Positions 37,721 to 49,000 of a stretch of DNA of 64,000 bases are shown in pieces (position 1 is the first letter of the stretch; each line of letters begins with the position of its first letter). Source of the DNA: Octopus bimaculoides (Eukaryota); the NCBI RefSeq assembly GCF_001194135.2, contig NC_068990.1, positions 78,419,356-78,483,355 of the forward strand, read 5' to 3'. Below the pieces are notes generated by a model that ran no database searches, was not told where the DNA came from, and saw only the letters and a list, made by a program, of their open reading frames with translations. The translations under genes and the position numbers were made by a program.

Positions 37721-38337
37721 CCAAATGGTTAGATGTTAAAAGAGAGAGAGAGAGGGAGGAAGAAAGAGAGAGAAGGTGGGGGGCAAATATATAAATTATT
37801 AAAAAACAAAATTCCTTGCTTTCGGACCAGTTCTTTTGTTGGTGGATTAACTTCAGGAACAAAGCTGCATCATCCATGTGAAAATTTCCCTTCACATGCA
37901 CAAAACTTTTTATATCTTTCACATCCTTAATACTGCATCTTCATCCCTCCTGAAACACTAGAATTTCTCAAGAAATGATGTTCAACAGGTAACAATATCT
38001 GAGATTTGTCAAAATGCAGTTGAGTGTTCATTACAAGCATCAAAAAACAAGTCCAACCATATGAGCTACAGTTATCACTTGGTGGTTAATCGCACGACCA
38101 ACTACCTCGAATATTGATTCATGACGTGTTCAATATGATCGTTAGTTGTGAGCTTTCTGAGCTCTGAACAGCAGACCTATGCTATAGAAATAAAATACCA
38201 AACATTAGGAGATGGCCAACAAAACTATACACATTTGCTATGCTATGCTCAGTGGAATGAAGGAACCAATCAATTTAGTTGTCTGTGTTAAGATTAAAAT
38301 ATACTAGAGTACTGAGGGTTGAAAGTAATTGACTTAC

Positions 38338-38435
38338 ACTGGATTGCATAACTTGATAATAGTGCCGAGGTAGAATGAGGACAGACCAGCCGACCTTCTA
38401 AAAGGTCCTTCTTTAATTGGAGGAAGAAATGGTAT
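38338..38435 (-). CDS. PTPN4: PTPN4-like coding exon 5 (98 nt, YHFFLQLKKDLLEGRLVCPHSTSALLSSYAIQ)
   Basis: ttgcAG / GTAAGT, phase 2-1, start of the FERM F2 lobe. Confidence 0.95.
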
Positions 38436-41003
38436 CTGCAATAAATTCATAAACAAATAGAATGAAAATGAATCAGTTACTGGGTTATCATCATAGTTTT
38501 AGTTTTGAATATTCTGAAACTTGCAAATATACATTTATTCTTACTCAATAATTCAACAGACTTTAACGACAAATAAACCTTTAAAACTTAATAGAATATT
38601 TCCTTTTTATTTATTGCAGGAATTATTCTAATGTTTATTATTTAGTATGTGTTAGCTAATTTTAAACATGTAAAATATACAGCTATCTGGTACCATAATA
38701 ATATAAACCATGGCAAAAATTTGGTTGCTAAGCATTCTCATATTTATTTAGTATTTCGTTCTGTTCAATCCTAGCTAGGGTTTAAATAATTTTGAAAATA
38801 CAGACTATATTAGAGCTTTTAATTTACAGCTCAATGCTACCTCATTTTTTTTTTTTATCACTTTAAACTAATGGTGTTATTCCAAAATTCTATGTATGTA
38901 TTTAACTATTGCTATAATGGCCACACTTATTGATTAATTTTTAACTGAATGTAGAGTGAACTCCATTCACTAACTCTGAATCAATTTAGAGTAAAACATG
39001 CAACTCGCGAGAGTGCAGCTCCAACAAAAACTGAAGCATAACAAGAAACTGTTGATAACTCAGAGAAAACAACAATACAGCTGCCTGCTTCTATGCAAAT
39101 ATTTCTTTAAAATAATCCAATAAACAGGGAAAAAGCTTTAAAAATGATATCAATAAAAATAAAGAAACCTATCTCTTTAATAAGCAAAATATTAGGTAAC
39201 ATAGAAAAAGGAAAAGAAAATCAGCAGATTTGAAAATATAAATAAAAAAAAAATCAAACAGGAAATATGAAAAGAAAGAAATAGAAAAATATTGTTCTTT
39301 CTGTTTAATACCAATTCCAATAATCAACTATATTTTCAGAATATTTTTATGTTTTTCTTTTCAAATTATATTCACCGATTCCATACTGATTCTTTCATCT
39401 TGTTTGTAAATGAAATCAAGAAGTTGGTACTTGTGAGATGGTTTTTTTTTATTTCTTAAGTTGTTAAGAAATAAAAGAAACATATCACAAGGAGAGAGAG
39501 AGAGAGAGAGATGGATTTCATAAGAAAACCTTTTATGAAAGAAATAGAGAAAAAAAAAAAAAGAAAAAAAAAGAAGTCTGTAGTTCTTTGAATCTAATAA
39601 GCAAATAATAAAAACCTTTGTTTTTCTTTCTACTTTTACAAATGTTTCTAAGTATAAGATTGGGTGGCTCTGCAATTTAGATACTTATACAAATTATAGA
39701 AAATAGATAGGCTAATATGAATTTGTGCCCTTTTGCATTATCTCTTTTATCGTTTTGTTTCAGTACTAGCCATCTACACCTGTTTTTTTTCCTTCATCTT
39801 TTTCAGTTAGGTGGTGCAAAGCAAATACAGAAAACGTGCTTTTCATGTTAATTTAATATGTGCTTCACATTCCAAAGTTTCCATCTGTGAAGCAGACACT
39901 CTTCTATATTGAAATATTTCCAGATTTTTCATGTGTTCTGCTACAGATGCAACATAATGAATAGCACTAGTAGCTATTGTACTAGCTGATGCAACACTAC
40001 CTAACTTAACTCCTCTAGCATATACACCATCCTCCAAACACGATCACAAATATGATATTTATTGTGAATTTGGCATGATCTTTAGGAAGTCAAATATTCT
40101 AAGATTTCTTTCACAATATTCTTTGCTTTCACATTTGGCATATCTAATTGCTCAGAGATAGCAAATGTCACTCTCTTTTTAGTTCTATTGTCTCAGCCTG
40201 TTTCTTGAAATCATTTATCTAAACATGGACATTTTATGCTTTGGTATGTTATGCTCAGTGCAACCAATTCATTCTTAACCATTTCAAATAAAATTTTCAA
40301 ATTGTAATATGGTAACACATATAAGGTGGCCACTTAAATAATTTCTTGTATAACTATAATTTTTCATCTATTTTGTCAATAAATTAGATTGGAAGACAAA
40401 CCTGAGTATGACGGAAAGGAAGTAATCTTCTGGTAGGCTTATTTCCAAGTTAAACCATTCCAATTATTGTGAATTTTAGTCATAAAATCAATGGAATAGT
40501 AAAGGACTGTTATTATTATTGGAAGCATCATCTTTCATGTTCTTTTTTACTAAACCAATATGAGTTAGGCAGTTCAACAATACTTCAATATTTTGCCTGC
40601 ATCTCAAATATTTGTTCTAAGATCAGAAATGATTCTGCAGTTGTCTCATCCATAGTTTCCAACCTCAACATAAAGTCAAATGGATCTCATCCAAGCTGAC
40701 CCACTCCACCACAAATACCCCTATGATTCTCAGACACTTTCAAAACTTTGTTCATCAACTAAAAGCCTCTATAATTTGTTTTGAGAGTACTTTATGATAG
40801 TATTCCTATATGAGTGACAGTGTACAACTTGCCAGCACTAACTAACTTGGCTGCTAACAACATATCCTGACAATTTAGCCACCAAGTTCAGCATGGTAGC
40901 TTCAAATTATTAAACCAGATTAAAAGAAAAGTTTACAATTTGTAATAAGCTGTGGCAAATAAAGTATCTTATAAATTTACAACCCAATATATATATATAT
41001 ATA

Positions 41004-41173
41004 GGCACAGCGTGGCTGTGTGGTAAGAAGCTTGCTTCCCAATGACATCATCCCGGGTTCAGTCTCACTGCATGGCACTTTGAGCAAGTGTCTTCTACTA
41101 TAGCCTTGGGCTGACCAAAGCCTTGTGAGTGGATTTGGTAGACAGAGACTGAAAGAAGCCTGTTGTGGTTATA

Positions 41174-41209
<36 letters not shown>

Positions 41210-41600
41210 TGTATGTATTTGTATGCGTGTGTGTGTTTATCCCCTCACCATTGCTTGACAACCAATGTTGGTGTGTTTACATCCCTGTAACTTAGCGGTT
41301 CGGCAAAGGAGACTGACAGAAATAAGTACTAGGCTTACAAAGAATAAGTCCTGGAGTCGATTTGTTTGGGTGGCTCTGCAATTTAGATACTTATACAAAT
41401 TATAGAAAATAGATAGGCTAATATGAATTTGTGCCCTTTTGTATTATCTTTTTTATTGTTTTGTTTCAGTACTAGCCATTTACACCTGTTTTTTCCTTCA
41501 TCTTTTTCAGTTAGGTGGTGCGAAGCAAATACAGAAAACGTGCTTTTCATGGCTGCAGTCAAATGACTGAAACATGTGAATAAATAAATAAATAAATACA
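41004..41600 (+). mobile_element. tRNA-derived CORE-like SINE, family C, carrying a 186-bp templated insertion
   Basis: GGCTGTGTGGTAAGAAGCTTGC...GGGTTCAGTC...GCAAGTGTCTTCTACTATAGCC...GTCAAATGACTGAAAC. Other copies at 50209-50745(+), 34720-35080(-), 22480-22690(-), 26310-26470(-), 32600-32900 and 34250-34380. Confidence 0.88.
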
Positions 41601-41676
41601 GAGAAAAAGAGAGAGAGAGACAGAGAGAGAGAGAGAGGGGGGGAGAGAGAGAAAGAGAGATATTGTAGATGCACAC

Positions 41677-41752
41677 CTAGTATATTCTTCACTCAGCTTG
41701 CTGGGGTCAGACACATAGAATTTCACTCGAAAATAAAACTCGTATGTTGGAC
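41677..41752 (-). CDS. PTPN4: PTPN4-like coding exon 4 (76 nt, GPTYEFYFRVKFYVSDPSKLSEEYTR)
   Basis: tttcAG / GTGTGC, phase 1-2, FRVKFY..DP..L.EE.TR motif. Confidence 0.95.
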
Positions 41753-42083
41753 CTGAAATAAAGAGTTAAATTAGTGTTAATAACAATATCAGTTTAAAAA
41801 ATCATTTTACAAGGTATGTTTGCATAGGTTTAACACATCAGCAACAAAACCAATCTTCATGAGTTCATCAGGCTTAACATTCAGATAACAATTTCACCCC
41901 ACAAATCTTCTGTACTTGGTATCATCACATACATTTCTATATTGTACCACATCAATAAAAGAACAGAAAGTCAATCAAATGAAGATAATATATCAAGGGT
42001 TAGCCAGGTTATATAGTTTCTATAGCTTTACACCTTCCTCATTAGAAAATTGCGTGATCTCTACATCTAATTTGGTGTCTTAT

Positions 42084-43044
42084 TGTTATGCAAATAACGT
42101 TGATATAAAGAGCATGCGCATTTGACAGGAAGAGAAAGAGAGAGAACAGCCATTTGGAATAACGTACAGGACTATGACTAAAAATTAGTTTCTTTGAACC
42201 AGGATTTACTGGTTATACATTACAATCAAAGAAACTAATTTCTGAAAAATCACAATTGGGAAAAGTTGCAGAGAAGTCTATAGAGAAAGAAATTTGTGAA
42301 AAGACGTGAATGATATGGAAAGATACTTGAAATCTGACAGATTGAATGTAGACCCAGATTCTACAAATGCTGCTAAAACTTTTAATCACTGGTTTAGAAC
42401 TTTCATCAACTTTATAGACTCCCTACCAGGGCAGGAAGGTAGGATTATCAATAAACTCAATCTTTTGATTAATTATGTGGAACCGAATGTATACAAATTC
42501 ATCAGTGAAGCTAAGAACTATGAACAAGCTGTGAATACACTAAAGAGTGTGTACATTAAACCAAAGAACATCATCATGGCAAGCCATCTTTTAGCCACAA
42601 GAAAACAGAAACCAAGGGAATCTCTAGACCAGTTCTTAAACAAACTCAAAATATTAGCGAAAGACTGTGACTTTGTTGCAGTGAGTGCTGAGCAGTACCA
42701 GTCTGAAATGATTTGAGATGCATTTATAAATGGGCTCACTTTGAAGCAAATACGACAAAGACTATTAGAAAACAAAAGTGTCAACCTCAGTACAGCTTAT
42801 GATCAAGCACGTTCACTAGATGTGGTGCAACAAAGTTCCAGTGTCTTTTTAAACTCTGAGGGTTCCAACTTCAGTCCAACTGCACCCATTGTAGCTAAGC
42901 CAATAGATTCCCCAAAGCAGGAAGGAAAACACTCTGCCGCGACTCGAAAAGGAGACCTCTCTCAATGTTGGTTTTGTGGCTATTCCAGACACCCACGGAC
43001 TCACTGTCCTGCACAGAAAGCAGTCTGTCACAAATGCCAAACAA
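42084..43044 (+). mobile_element. Ty3/Gypsy LTR retrotransposon remnant: putative short 5' LTR (about 42084-42224) plus gag pseudogene
   Basis: TG...CA-bounded segment of about 140 bp, then MERYLKSDRLNVDPDS...LATRKQKPRESLDQF...RQRLLE...CWFCGYSRHPRTHC (CX2CX4HX4C zinc knuckle). One in-frame stop (near 42714). Truncated at a second knuckle; no pol or 3' LTR seen. Confidence 0.8.
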
Positions 43045-43417
43045 ACAGTCCCATAAAAGGGAAGAAGGCTATTGTTGTTTAGCCCTAGGAAACACTGTTT
43101 CCTGTTGGCCTTGACACATTTCCTGTGTCCTTATGTTTTCAAAGTGGAGCCAAGCACCTCCACCCAGCAAAACCAGCATCCAGAGACTAGTTTCAGAGTC
43201 ATTGCTCATAATCAGTCTGGAGTAGCATGGTTTGCTAGCTGTCGATGCCTATCTGCCTTTGAAAACATATATTTCAAGTGAAATACAATCACTGATTCTC
43301 GAAAATAAAAATAATATATTTGAAAACATAAGGACACAGGAAATGTGTCAAGTCGAACAGGAAACAGTCTTTCCTAGGGCTAAATAACAGTAGCATTCTT
43401 CCCTTTTATGGGACTGT
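43045..43417. mobile_element. Fold-back element with 99-bp inverted arms and a hammerhead-containing spacer (probably PLE-derived)
   Basis: Arms 43045-43143 and 43319-43417 are reverse complements with 6 mismatches and no indels. The 175-nt spacer holds the hammerhead motif. No clear target-site duplication. Confidence 0.8.
43166..43236 (-). ncRNA. Type I hammerhead ribozyme motif with a G8U core substitution (probably impaired)
   Basis: Minus strand reads UCCAGA-CUGAUUA-UGAG(CAAUGA)CUCU-GAAA-CUAG-UC-UCUGGA, with stem I extended by AGCAAACCA/UGGUUUUGCU. Stem III is the palindrome ACUAGU and the triplet is GUC. Predicted cut between 43185 and 43184. Confidence 0.65.
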
Positions 43418-44100
43418 CACATTAAGTTGACAACATACTATCACTTTATCATGCTGCTACTGCATATATTTCTCTGAGAGATTTAGAAATATATTATTTC
43501 CAAGTTTAAACTCATCTTAATTTTTATTGAGTTTGTCTGCTCTTTACTCAATCCTCACAGCTCCCATCCCATGAGACTCACAGGATTAACCTAAAGAAAG
43601 CCTTACACACACAACTTTTCTGATTAGAAGAATGAGGAAAGATCAGTGAATTGGAGCAGATAACACAAAAGTTGAACTGTAAGTACATTCCAAGAACAGT
43701 AAAAAGAAGACAGTATTTAAAAAAGTAATGACTATGCAATATTTTGTAAGAACTGCCAGAGAAAGAAGCAGCAGAAGTAGACTGAAACAAGTCCAAGAGA
43801 CTATCTTAAATGTAGATTGTCTGTTACTAGAAAATTTTGAAAAATCTATTTTAATAGAAAGACCTACTGTGATGAAAAATCATGATGATGACAAATTAGA
43901 CATCTGTAAATGATTGCTTGACTTGCAAGAAATAGCATCCAAATTTTTCTCAAATCACTCCTTACTGTTTTCAAAAAGAGAGAGGACATATGTAGTTCTT
44001 GATACGTTTGAATGCTTCTGATTTTAAGTCTGACTAAATAGGAATGACCTGGGACTAATATAATAAAATATATCAAAATAGTTAAATGAAGATGATTTAC

Positions 44101-44143
44101 CTCTGCATTGTTTCTTTACCGTTTTCAAAGGATCAACCCATCT
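44101..44143 (-). CDS. PTPN4: PTPN4-like coding exon 3 (43 nt, RWVDPLKTVKKQCR+G)
   Basis: Long polypyrimidine tract then ttacAG; donor GTAAAT; phase 0-1; FERM motif W(L/V)DP. Confidence 0.93.
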
Positions 44144-45047
44144 CTGTAAGAAAGAAAAAAAAACAAGAAAATTATTGTAGCACAACTACACTGGTTATAT
44201 TTCTGAAATCTGCTCTTTTCAGCCATCACTATTAGTTCTTGCTGTTGGGTCGTACCAATAAGTTCAGCTAGTGTTTCTTTGGCTTGGTCCTCTTTAAACT
44301 TTTCAACTGTATACAATAATCTTAATCTTAAACCAGCAGCACATGATTATCTTCATTATCATCATAAATGGCAGGCAGCAGGATGGGACAGCTGTTTAGG
44401 TATGAAGTTTGTAACTCAGTTTTGATTCCCAACTGGAATAATTTCTCTTGTGCCATTATGTCTTTCAGAAAAGCATAAATCTTAAAATGTCCAATTTCCT
44501 TTTGATTAATAAATGTGAGCCTTGACACTTGTCGTAGAACTAGATCCTCCATATTTGTACTAAATAATACCAGAAAGTTACTAGTCATTAAATGGAGTAT
44601 ACCTAGCCTCTTAAAGAAAATTGTTAAATTGCGCATTTGACAGAAAAAAAAAAAAGAAATTCATATTATTATGCCTATACAATACTTTTGTTATCATTTA
44701 ACCTCTATTTTATTCTGATATTGCAAAAGTACTTTGATAAGTCCACACAAAATTGTAACCTCAGTTCTAAATCTTTGACAGGAGTTAGTATTAATATTAT
44801 AATAAATTGATTGAGATTTTTACTTCAATTTTTCACTCATCTTTTTATGTATAGATAACATTTAACCCATCGATAAAATCTTCAAATATATTTATTTCAC
44901 TACACTCTCTGAGTGGTTGGCGTTAGGAAGGGCATCCAGCTGTAGAAACTCTGCCAAATCAGACTGGAGCCTGGTGTTGCCATCCGGTTTCACCAGTCCT
45001 CAGTCAAATCGTCCAACCCATGCTAGCATGGAAAGCGGACGTTAAAC

Positions 45048-45080
<33 letters not shown>

Positions 45081-45304
45081 TGACACATTCTTCTGATAAT
45101 TTGGAGATTTTTTTGTTGTGATAGTAAAACATTTTTGCGTGCTAGGATGTGAGTCACACAAAGCCAGCTCCAAATAACAAATGAAACTAAGTAGAAGGAT
45201 TTAATTCCCTAAATTATGTCTATTATCATTATATTTAAAATGTCGATCATATTTAGCTATTAAAAGGGGAAGAAAAACACAGCCTGGGATTTTTGCATTA
45301 TATC

Positions 45305-45375
45305 TATGAGGTAGTATCAAAAAGTTCCCTGACTAGTTCTGTAGCATGTCAATAGATGGAAGCACATATGCTGCA
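45305..45375 (+). mobile_element. Mariner 5' end (left TIR) of the same subfamily as 48240-48531
   Basis: TA+TGAGGTAGTATCAAAAAGTTCCCTGACTAG matches the reverse complement of the 48498-48531 TIR over about 31 nt. Confidence 0.65.
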
Positions 45376-45971
45376 TTGATGCACCCATGCCAGTGGCACA
45401 TAAAAGGCACCCAGTGCACTCTCTTAAGTGGTTGGCATTAGGAAGGGCATCCAGCCATAGAAAACATGCCACAACAGACAACTGGGGTCTGGACAGTTCC
45501 CTGCTAGCCAGCCCCATGTCAAACCATCCAACCCATGCCAGCATGGAAAGCGAACATTAAGCAATGATGATGATGATAATTATTATATTCATGGTATCAG
45601 AATACCGACCAGATTATCAGATGTTTGTAGGCATCACTGGTCACAATACGTTTCCTATTGTTTGAATGATGCCATTCCACTGGCTTAGGTGAGAGAGCAG
45701 GCTAACATTCTTCCTGATCAGAAGATGCTAATTTGTCATGGCAGTGTGACCCATTTGCAGCTGAGTGGACTGGAGCAACACTGAAATGAAGTGTTTTGCT
45801 CAAGAACATAACACCACAGCCTGGCCCAGGACTCGAACCCATGATCTACTGATTGTAAGCGCAATACTCTAACCACTGAGCCATGCACCTTCACTACATA
45901 AACATAGCAGTAAATGTAAAAAAAAAAAGAAAATAAAAGGAAAAAATTAATGGATGACTCTAGAAACTTAC

Positions 45972-46085
45972 CATTCCTTCAGGTGTTGGTGCAACTTCTA
46001 AGAACTGAAGACCAAAGTAGTCTTTTTCAATGAGTTCAAGATGATCGTAGACTTTCTCAAGCAGTGCCTGAGCTTTATTCCGTTT
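45972..46085 (-). CDS. PTPN4: PTPN4-like coding exon 2 (114 nt, KRNKAQALLEKVYDHLELIEKDYFGLQFLEVAPTPEGM)
   Basis: tttcAG / GTAAGT, phase 0-0, FERM F1 motif DYFGLQF. Confidence 0.95.
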
Positions 46086-48239
46086 CTGAAATAGATGAGT
46101 GAAAAAGTGTTATGCATGAGAGGCTGTTCTTATTGAGATGGACATAAGCATTGGATGTTGAGGTGTGGTCAGAAGTTGAAATGATAGCATTATTAAACAA
46201 CAATGGTAAGTGATGTGGCCAGAGAGTATAAAAGATGATGGCATCCTGACCACTAAAAAAGTAGAGTATACAAGTTATGGAGAAAGCATAACAAAATTAA
46301 GCATAAAGTGAGGTATAGAGATTGGGGACCAAAGCAAATTTAGAGAAAACTCAGCTTATAAGAACCAATGTTATAGAGTTATTCAAATGGTGTCAGCTTA
46401 GAAGTTTATTAAGCAGATGATGGGATGGATGGATGGATAAGGTGTTGAGCCATACACATGACTAACATAAAAGTAAATACTGTTGGCTGAAAGGAGCATG
46501 AATATTTCTGTAAATATTCTTCAATAAAATAAAATTTAAAAAATCTTCATTTCATTTCTTTCTATTTTGAATATATTTTTTTCATGAGGTTGCACAAAAG
46601 TAAGACACAGCTGGGAAATGAGATTTGTTAGTGGAACAACTGGGGTGACATTATTTATAATAAAGCAGATGTAATTGATAGAAAGATTTTTACAGCTGGA
46701 TAGATCTTTCTATACATCTTAATGCCAATGAGAAAGAGATTAAAAAAAAAAGAAAGAGTGAGGGGGGGGCAGAGAAAGAAAGAGGGGGTAGGGGAAGAAA
46801 GAGCAAGAGAGGGGAGAGGAGAGTGGAGGAGAGAGAGGAGAGGAGAGTGGGGGAGAGAGAGGAGAGAGAGAGAGGAGAGAGAGGAGAGAGATTCTATTTC
46901 TGCAAGCAGAGTTTGTCATTTTTTTCCAAAACAAAATACCATAACAGTAACCACTAGCTGAGACTGACTACTTTTCATGAAAGTCAAATGATCGCAAAAT
47001 AAATGAAGATGGAAATGGAAGATCATAACAAAGAGAATGGATTATATTTAGTTATTTGTCAGTATATTCAATCACATAGAATTTGTTTTTCCCCGGCTGC
47101 TGCCAGTTGGATGCTTTAGAATATCCAAACTCTTGCAAAAATTTCTTGTAACAAATATTTTTACAGGTGGATATTTCATTCTACTAAGTGCTAAACAACT
47201 GAAGTGGAACATTGCAGAAATTCTTATGAGATGGATGACTGCAGAAAGTGAAGCTTCAGGATTTTCTCTTTTCTCTTTTTTTTTTTATGTGTGTTTACAG
47301 TGGTAAACAGAGACACATTAATCATTCAACTAGAATACCCTAAAACTGGAACTGAACATAAAAAAAAACAAATTAAGCACATGTTATTAAGAAGTTAATA
47401 ACAACCATTTGTTGATCTGAAAAAAAAAAAAGACCTGTAACCAAGTACCACACAGCCTGTGGCTTAGTAGTCTTTGAGAAAACAGAATGGGGCACGCCCT
47501 ATGCAAAAGGTGCAGTTGGCAAAGTGATAGACAGCAAGGAGTTCAGTAGGAAATTTCATTTGTAGTACATGTTCATCAAGATTAGCTTCTCAACCCCTTC
47601 TTGTTATAGTTCTCTGAGCCATAACAGAGAAGTTTAAGGCTGACTGTCTGTGCTAATGATCAAGTTCTTACACCAAAAAAATGGAGAAGACTTAGACAAG
47701 AGATTTGAAATATGGAAACAAAACTGATAATTGAGAACCTCAGAGTAAGGGAGAAGAAGATAAAGTTTGAATAAGTAAAAAAGACAAGACTCTGTTGCTA
47801 TCACAGAAAAAATATGCTGGTTTAATATACAAGAAAAGAGTAAGCAGGAACTGCATATGGTATCCACCTATAGTGAACTATAGGTACATAAAATGTACTG
47901 GGCTCACAGGCAATCTGTCAGAGATTAAAGACTTTGTATGAGGCAGATATAACAGGAGTAGCTAGCAGTCAGCAGCAGCAGCAGTAAAATAAATTTTTTT
48001 CAATGCTTGGATGGCCTCATAGAAATACTTCATAGCTTCTGTTAGCAAGGTGACCTAATTAGTAGAGAAGGAGGGTGTTGTGAAAGCCAGAACAAGAACA
48101 GAAAAAGTACAGGGAAGATGTTTCCTCTGCTAGCAACAAGAGGATTCTCTTTTCAAACAAAGGGTAGATTGTATATTGCTTGTGTAGAAAGTGCATGTTG
48201 CATGATAGTGAAAAAGGGACATTGAATGCAGAATGTGTG

Positions 48240-48531
48240 TGAAGATTTAGCATCTGCAGACTTCCATCTCTTCCCTAAGATGAAAACGGAGCACAAAGGT
48301 TGCTGTTTGAACACCATTGTCGAGATCAACAACAAATTGTAGAAGGTTCTCGACTCGCTTATGGAAAACGACTTCTAGGCCAGATTCCAAAAGTGGAAGG
48401 AACGTTGGGACTGGGGTATTGCTGTGCAATATGACTATTTCAAAGGAGACGGGGTTAAAACTTAAGTAAATAAGTTACTTTTTTTTATTAAACGCAGCTA
48501 GTCCGAGAACCTTTTTGATACCACCTCGGTA
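48240..48531 (+). mobile_element. Mariner 3' fragment with right TIR (a different subfamily)
   Basis: DLASADFHLFPKMK...FQKWKERWD...DYFKGD, then TIR CTAGTCCGAGAACCTTTTTGATACCACCTCG. Confidence 0.8.
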
Positions 48532-48968
48532 TATGTGTGTGAGAAGAATATGCGGGAATGCATGTGTGTATGAATAGGAGAAAGCATGTGTATGCGTTAT
48601 GAAATACCAAAATAGTCTTATTTAAGGTTCATAATCAGTAAATGGAGAGAAAACTCAAAGAACAGCATGACAATTAGTGAAAAAGATGAGAGTTAGAGAA
48701 GTTAATAGAAAACTTCAAGAAATAGAGGTTAGAGGATGAAAATAAGACAATGAAGGGCAGAGAGTCTGAGTGTAGAACAAGAGCTTAGAATGAAAAACTA
48801 CAAACAATATTTAAAATAAGATTGAAGAGGAGAAACAGTCCAAATACAGCAGAGAAAGAAGCAGTGAGAAGACAAAATAATTATATTAAAGATTATCAAT
48901 AGGAAAAAGTTATTGATTAGTGAAGTCTTGTGAATGCTGCTTAGATGAATGGTGGTACTATTACTATC

Positions 48969-49000
<32 letters not shown>

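Noticed and set aside
38106-38163. Minus-strand AG...GT segment in unique sequence downstream of exon 5
   Set aside because: 58 nt breaks the frame, and the 51-nt alternative acceptor creates TAA at the junction.
43560-44060. Possible reverse transcriptase remnant; similar degraded tracts at 35950-36550, 46100-46450 and 47440-47960
   Set aside because: Too decayed to assign a family or boundaries by eye.
42115-44643. 14-nt direct repeat TGCGCATTTGACAG (42115 and 44630) as a second LTR or TSD
   Set aside because: Host exon 3 lies between the copies and similarity does not extend; a chance match or an unrelated fragment.
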